A DNA stretch of 64,000 bases, taken from positions 1-64,000 of the IMG/VR virus record IMGVR_UViG_2901146262_000001, one strand, 5' to 3'. Under the pieces are notes generated by a model. It had not been told where the DNA came from and ran no database searches. It saw only the letters and a list, made by a program, of their open reading frames with translations. Source of the stretch: a virus (Duplodnaviria; Caudoviricetes). A program made the translations under genes and the position numbers. Below, piece after piece: positions 60,830 through 64,000 of the stretch; positions within the stretch are counted from its first letter, which is position 1, and each line of letters opens with the position of its first letter.

Positions 60830-60916
60830 ATGAAATCCATATAACAGAATCTGTATATTATCGCTGTCATTTTTGTAATAAAAATATTTAATTTAAATTG
60901 AATAGAGGTGTTCATT

Positions 60917-61042
60917 ATGAGGAAAAGTCCACCATTAGGAATCAGAAAAAGAGCAGGAGCCAATTATAAACATGGCGGTTGTTTAATGTATGTGGTAGCA
61001 GGAATTAGTGTAGTTATTATTGGAATTGCAACTATGATTTAA
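60917..61042 (+). CDS. 41-aa peptide with C-terminal TM helix (not in the ORF track)
   Basis: GAGGTG RBS; basic N-terminus and hydrophobic tail. Confidence 0.45.
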   Translation: MRKSPPLGIRKRAGANYKHGGCLMYVVAGISVVIIGIATMI

Positions 61043-61074
61043 TGGAATAGTTACTTTATAGGAGGGTAAACATT

Positions 61075-61272
61075 ATGGAGGAATATAAATGTGAGTCTTG
61101 TGGGGAATTTGTCAGAGAGGATTTTGGAGTTACCGCACTTAACGGTGAGTGGGTTTGCGATAATGATAAATGCAGAACATTAGACAATAATAATGACTCT
61201 ACGAATAATCTAGAAACAGTGTGGAACCAGTTAGATAATGCCGGAAGAGCACAATGCAGCAACAGACAGTAG
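61075..61272 (+). CDS. Zn-binding small protein
   Basis: CESC...C...C; AGGAGG RBS. Confidence 0.6.
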   Translation: MEEYKCESCGEFVREDFGVTALNGEWVCDNDKCRTLDNNNDSTNNLETVWNQLDNAGRAQCSNRQ

Positions 61273-61469
61273 GGCAAATCATGAAGGAGATTCGCAACGG
61301 TAAAGTATTTAGGAATGGATTAATGAAAATCAAGCTATATGACAAGGATAAAGACACATTCCAAGTAGACAGTTACTTTAATGGTATGGATCTCAGGGAG
61401 GTGCTGTCCGTTGTAACAATAAGAAGAATTATAAAGGACAATATTAAACAATATTATATGGAGGGGTGA
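61254..61469 (+). CDS. Hypothetical protein
   Basis: Overlaps the upstream ORF end; co-oriented. Confidence 0.55.
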   Translation: MQQQTVGQIMKEIRNGKVFRNGLMKIKLYDKDKDTFQVDSYFNGMDLREVLSVVTIRRIIKDNIKQYYMEG

Positions 61470-61471
61470 AA

Positions 61472-61795
61472 ATGAATATAATAATAGATAACACTATATG
61501 TACAGTGCAGTATAATAAAGTATATTGTAGCTATTCCGATTATATTAAGGTTCATAACAGATCTAAGGAGTTATTTAAAATGTGGTGTAATAAAAATGGC
61601 ATTAATCCAATCTGATAAAACAATCCTTTTAATTCATATAACAGCAAGGGTGAAATATCGCTGGAACTTATGCAATATTAAAAATAGGGAGGTAGCATTA
61701 TGAAGAATGTGAGGAGGTTTTTTAGATCTAAAACATTATGGGTAGCTGTTATTATTTTAATTATAGTAATATTTTCTTATGGTGAGGGTCGGTAA
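61472..61795 (+). CDS. Two micro-ORFs (61472-61615; 61700-61795, single-TM peptide)
   Basis: GGAGG-type RBS for each; translated by hand. Confidence 0.45.
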
Positions 61796-61869
61796 TTCGA
61801 AGAGTAGATTATTTTTTTGGATATAATTAGGTGACATTATAATAAAAAGAGAAAAAGGGGATATTAAAA

Positions 61870-62172
61870 ATGAATAACTTATTAGCTAAAAAGGAACTAA
61901 CAGCCGAGCAATTGTCAATGGTGCAATCTGAAGCAGGAAGAAAAGAGAAGTCAAAAGGTGTAGCGTATGCGCTTTGGTTTTTCTTTGGTGGGATTGGCGG
62001 TCATAGATATTATGCAGGAAATATCGGCTATGCAATCGGAATGACATTGACAGTCGGTGGTCTGGGTTTATGGACATTAATTGATGTGTTTCTAATCGGC
62101 AAAGCTATCGAAAAGAAGAACGAGGAAATCGAATTCGAAGCAATCCAGCAAGTAAAATCATTGGCTAAGTAA
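61870..62172 (+). CDS. TM2-domain membrane protein
   Basis: KS..VAY.LWFFFG..GGHRYY.G...W.LID.FLI TM2 signature. Confidence 0.88.
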   Translation: MNNLLAKKELTAEQLSMVQSEAGRKEKSKGVAYALWFFFGGIGGHRYYAGNIGYAIGMTLTVGGLGLWTLIDVFLIGKAIEKKNEEIEFEAIQQVKSLAK

Positions 62173-62241
62173 TATAAGAGTTTAAAGTGGCTGATACGTT
62201 GTATCGGTCACTTATACATAAATAAACAAGGAGGTTGTCTA

Positions 62242-62373
62242 ATGCGGTTGGTACACATAATAAACCATTACTTATTTGACACAGACACAATTAAATGGTC
62301 AGATGCGTTATTCTATTATGGAATAATAATAATAATGATTATCGTTTTAATTTGTACATTTACAGTTGGATAA
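62242..62373 (+). CDS. 43-aa single-TM peptide (not in the ORF track)
   Basis: AAGGAGG RBS; YYGIIIIMIIVLICTF. Confidence 0.5.
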   Translation: MRLVHIINHYLFDTDTIKWSDALFYYGIIIIMIIVLICTFTVG

Positions 62374-62390
62374 TTAAATTAAAATTATCC

Positions 62391-62428
62391 TTGACTAATC
62401 ACTCAATCGGGTATATACTTAATTGAGT
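62391..62428 (+). promoter_or_regulatory. Promoter and operator of the HTH-helicase operon
   Basis: TTGACT-17nt-TATACT; palindromes ACTCAATCGGGT and ACTTAATTGAGT. Confidence 0.6.
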
Positions 62429-62442
62429 TAATACTAACGAGG

Positions 62443-62646
62443 ATGATCGAAATGTTGAAGTTAAGACTAAAGAGTTATTTAGAAAAAAATGATATTACAC
62501 CTTACCAATTGGCCAAAATGACAAAAATTAGAATGGCTACAATTTATGGATATGTAACAGAAGAAAGAAGAAGTATCAATTTAGACAATCTGGAAAAAAT
62601 CATGAAAGCATTAGAGATTGAGGATATTAATATTCTGATTAAATAA
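62443..62646 (+). CDS. XRE/Cro-C1 family HTH regulator
   Basis: LK..L....IT.YQLA..T.I...TI........SI.LD.LEKI..AL. Confidence 0.88.
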   Translation: MIEMLKLRLKSYLEKNDITPYQLAKMTKIRMATIYGYVTEERRSINLDNLEKIMKALEIEDINILIK

Positions 62647-62659
62647 AGAGGGTGAAAAC

Positions 62660-64000
62660 ATGTTGGTTAAAGATCATGATAAAAGTAAGGCAATAATAGA
62701 AACTGATTATAATTACGAATTATATAGAGAGATTAAACAAGTGCCAGAATCAAATTATAATATGGAACTAGATGCATGGGTATTAGATAAGAAGTATATT
62801 AATGCATTATTAAACAATCTAAAAAACATGAATTTATCTGTCAAGAATACCGTTGACCACACAAGACAAATCGGCTATTGCAAAGAAGTATTAAGTGAGA
62901 CAGTAAAAACGATTAAGCTGTCCGTGGTAAAGGAAAATAAAAAGACTATTGTCGTTAATTTTGACTTTGATTATGGGGTGCTTAACACAATTAAAATGAT
63001 TGAGGGTAGCAACAGACGATTCAATGGCAAGGATAAGTCGTGGGCAATCAGTAAAGACGAATTACAATGGCTGCACACTAAGCTAGATGAATTGAAATAC
63101 GTTGACACAAGCGACTTAAATCAATTTATTTCATGTAACAGCCAACCCGAAATATCGCTGGGAGATTTCCCAAAAATGGATCGAACACCTTTTGACTTTC
63201 AAATTGATGTAGCAAATCAAATGTTGAAGGAGAAGAAAATTATTAATGGACTTGAAGCAGGCTTAGGGAAAACAACAATTACAGTAATGGTTACAGAAAA
63301 GATTCAGTCGAAGACGGTAGTCATCTGTCCGGCATCGGTAAAACGTAACTGGGAGAAGGAAATCCGTATTGTTAATCCAGATGCAGATGTGGCTATTTTA
63401 AACGGCAAGGATGAATACAAGACAGCTCAATATCTGATTTTGAATTATGATATTTTGGATCGTTTCTATATGGATATTAAGAATGATAATTTTGAGACTC
63501 TTATCTTTGATGAAGCACACAAGCTAAGAGGTATTACAGGTAAAGGAACGCCATCATCGAAAAGAGCAAAATTTGGAATGGCATTGACTGAAAATATGGA
63601 GTATGTATTTCCGTTAACAGCAACACCATTTATCAATCAGACTAAAGATATTTTTAACCTATTAAGTATTATTGATAACTCTATGGCTAATAATTGGTAT
63701 GCTTTTGCAAACACTTATTGTGGAGCAGAGAATAACGGCTTTGGAACAAGTTATAACGGGTCTAGTAACCAGTCCAACCTATTTGAAAGGCTTTATCCTC
63801 ATGGTATGATTAGACTGCGTACAGAGGATCATATCGACTTGCCAGAACGTATCAGAAATTTTATCCCATTAGACATTAACTTAAAGCAGTATGAAGCTAA
63901 AATCCAGAAGTATATGGATGAAAGAGATAGTTACGAGGACAATGGACAGCACCTAGTGATGTTCGGAGCAGCGAGAAGACTATTGGCCAAAGAGAAGGCA
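62660..64000 (+). CDS. SNF2-family (HARP/SMARCAL1-like) helicase, truncated by the window end; not in the ORF track
   Basis: Translated by hand: PFDFQ, EAGLGKT, VICPASVK.NW..EI, LNYDIL, FDEAH, LTATP; HARP-like N-terminal repeats. Confidence 0.88.
   Translation, partial: MLVKDHDKSKAIIETDYNYELYREIKQVPESNYNMELDAWVLDKKYINALLNNLKNMNLSVKNTVDHTRQIGYCKEVLSETVKTIKLSVVKENKKTIVVNFDFDYGVLNTIKMIEGSNRRFNGKDKSWAISKDELQWLHTKLDELKYVDTSDLNQFISCNSQPEISLGDFPKMDRTPFDFQIDVANQMLKEKKIINGLEAGLGKTTITVMVTEKIQSKTVVICPASVKRNWEKEIRIVNPDADVAILNGKDEYKTAQYLILNYDILDRFYMDIKNDNFETLIFDEAHKLRGITGKGTPSSKRAKFGMALTENMEYVFPLTATPFINQTKDIFNLLSIIDNSMANNWYAFANTYCGAENNGFGTSYNGSSNQSNLFERLYPHGMIRLRTEDHIDLPERIRNFIPLDINLKQYEAKIQKYMDERDSYEDNGQHLVMFGAARRLLAKEKA

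Larger units (their letters stand above)
55523..61631 (+). repeat. Dispersed TAAAA-N6-TTTTA-type palindromes at small-gene junctions
   Basis: About 15 copies; see findings for coordinates. Confidence 0.6.
60442..63160 (+). repeat. Four co-oriented copies of the 29-bp motif CATRTAACAG-N11-TATCGCTG
   Basis: 60442-60470, 60838-60866, 61635-61663, 63132-63160. Confidence 0.8.

Noticed and set aside
48151-62646. Arbitrium (aimR/aimP) system expected in SPbeta-like phages
   Set aside because: No TPR receptor with an adjacent peptide gene in this window; it may lie elsewhere in the genome
60442-63160. CRISPR array
   Set aside because: Repeats are 400-1500 bp apart with variable interiors; no cas genes or regular spacers in the window

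Overview
A 64 kb segment of a large SPbeta-like temperate siphophage (prophage or phage-plasmid) of a Bacillaceae-type host. Bases 1-47.8 kb form one minus-strand late operon whose order matches SPbeta: YonO-type single-subunit RNA polymerase, HU, PhoH, YonK/YonJ-like genes, terminase, portal, scaffold/protease, capsid, head-tail genes, tail tube, a tyrosine recombinase, tape measure, Dit, a giant tail-tip protein, a beta-helix spike and a lysis cassette. Accessory insertions are a PIN toxin-antitoxin pair, a lipoprotein and a free HNH nuclease. The tape-measure gene is split by a 1123-nt group I intron that carries a Vsr/EDxHD-type endonuclease. The tail-tube gene ends in a CCC-TAA +1 shift site leading into a split FN3 domain. 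A structured non-coding block of about 550 nt lies upstream of the terminase genes. From 48 kb the plus strand carries a second tyrosine recombinase, a winged-helix Rep-like gene with iteron-like repeats, a 1.6 kb non-coding region, an array of about 40 tiny ORFs and a truncated SNF2/HARP helicase. Candidate undescribed systems are (i) TAAAA-N6-TTTTA palindromes at most junctions of the small-gene array and next to accessory blocks, an integron-like layout; (ii) a 29-bp bipartite motif in four co-oriented copies; (iii) a 21-bp operator repeated about 14 times; and (iv) the structured RNA block. All family assignments come from motif recognition by eye; no database searches were run.
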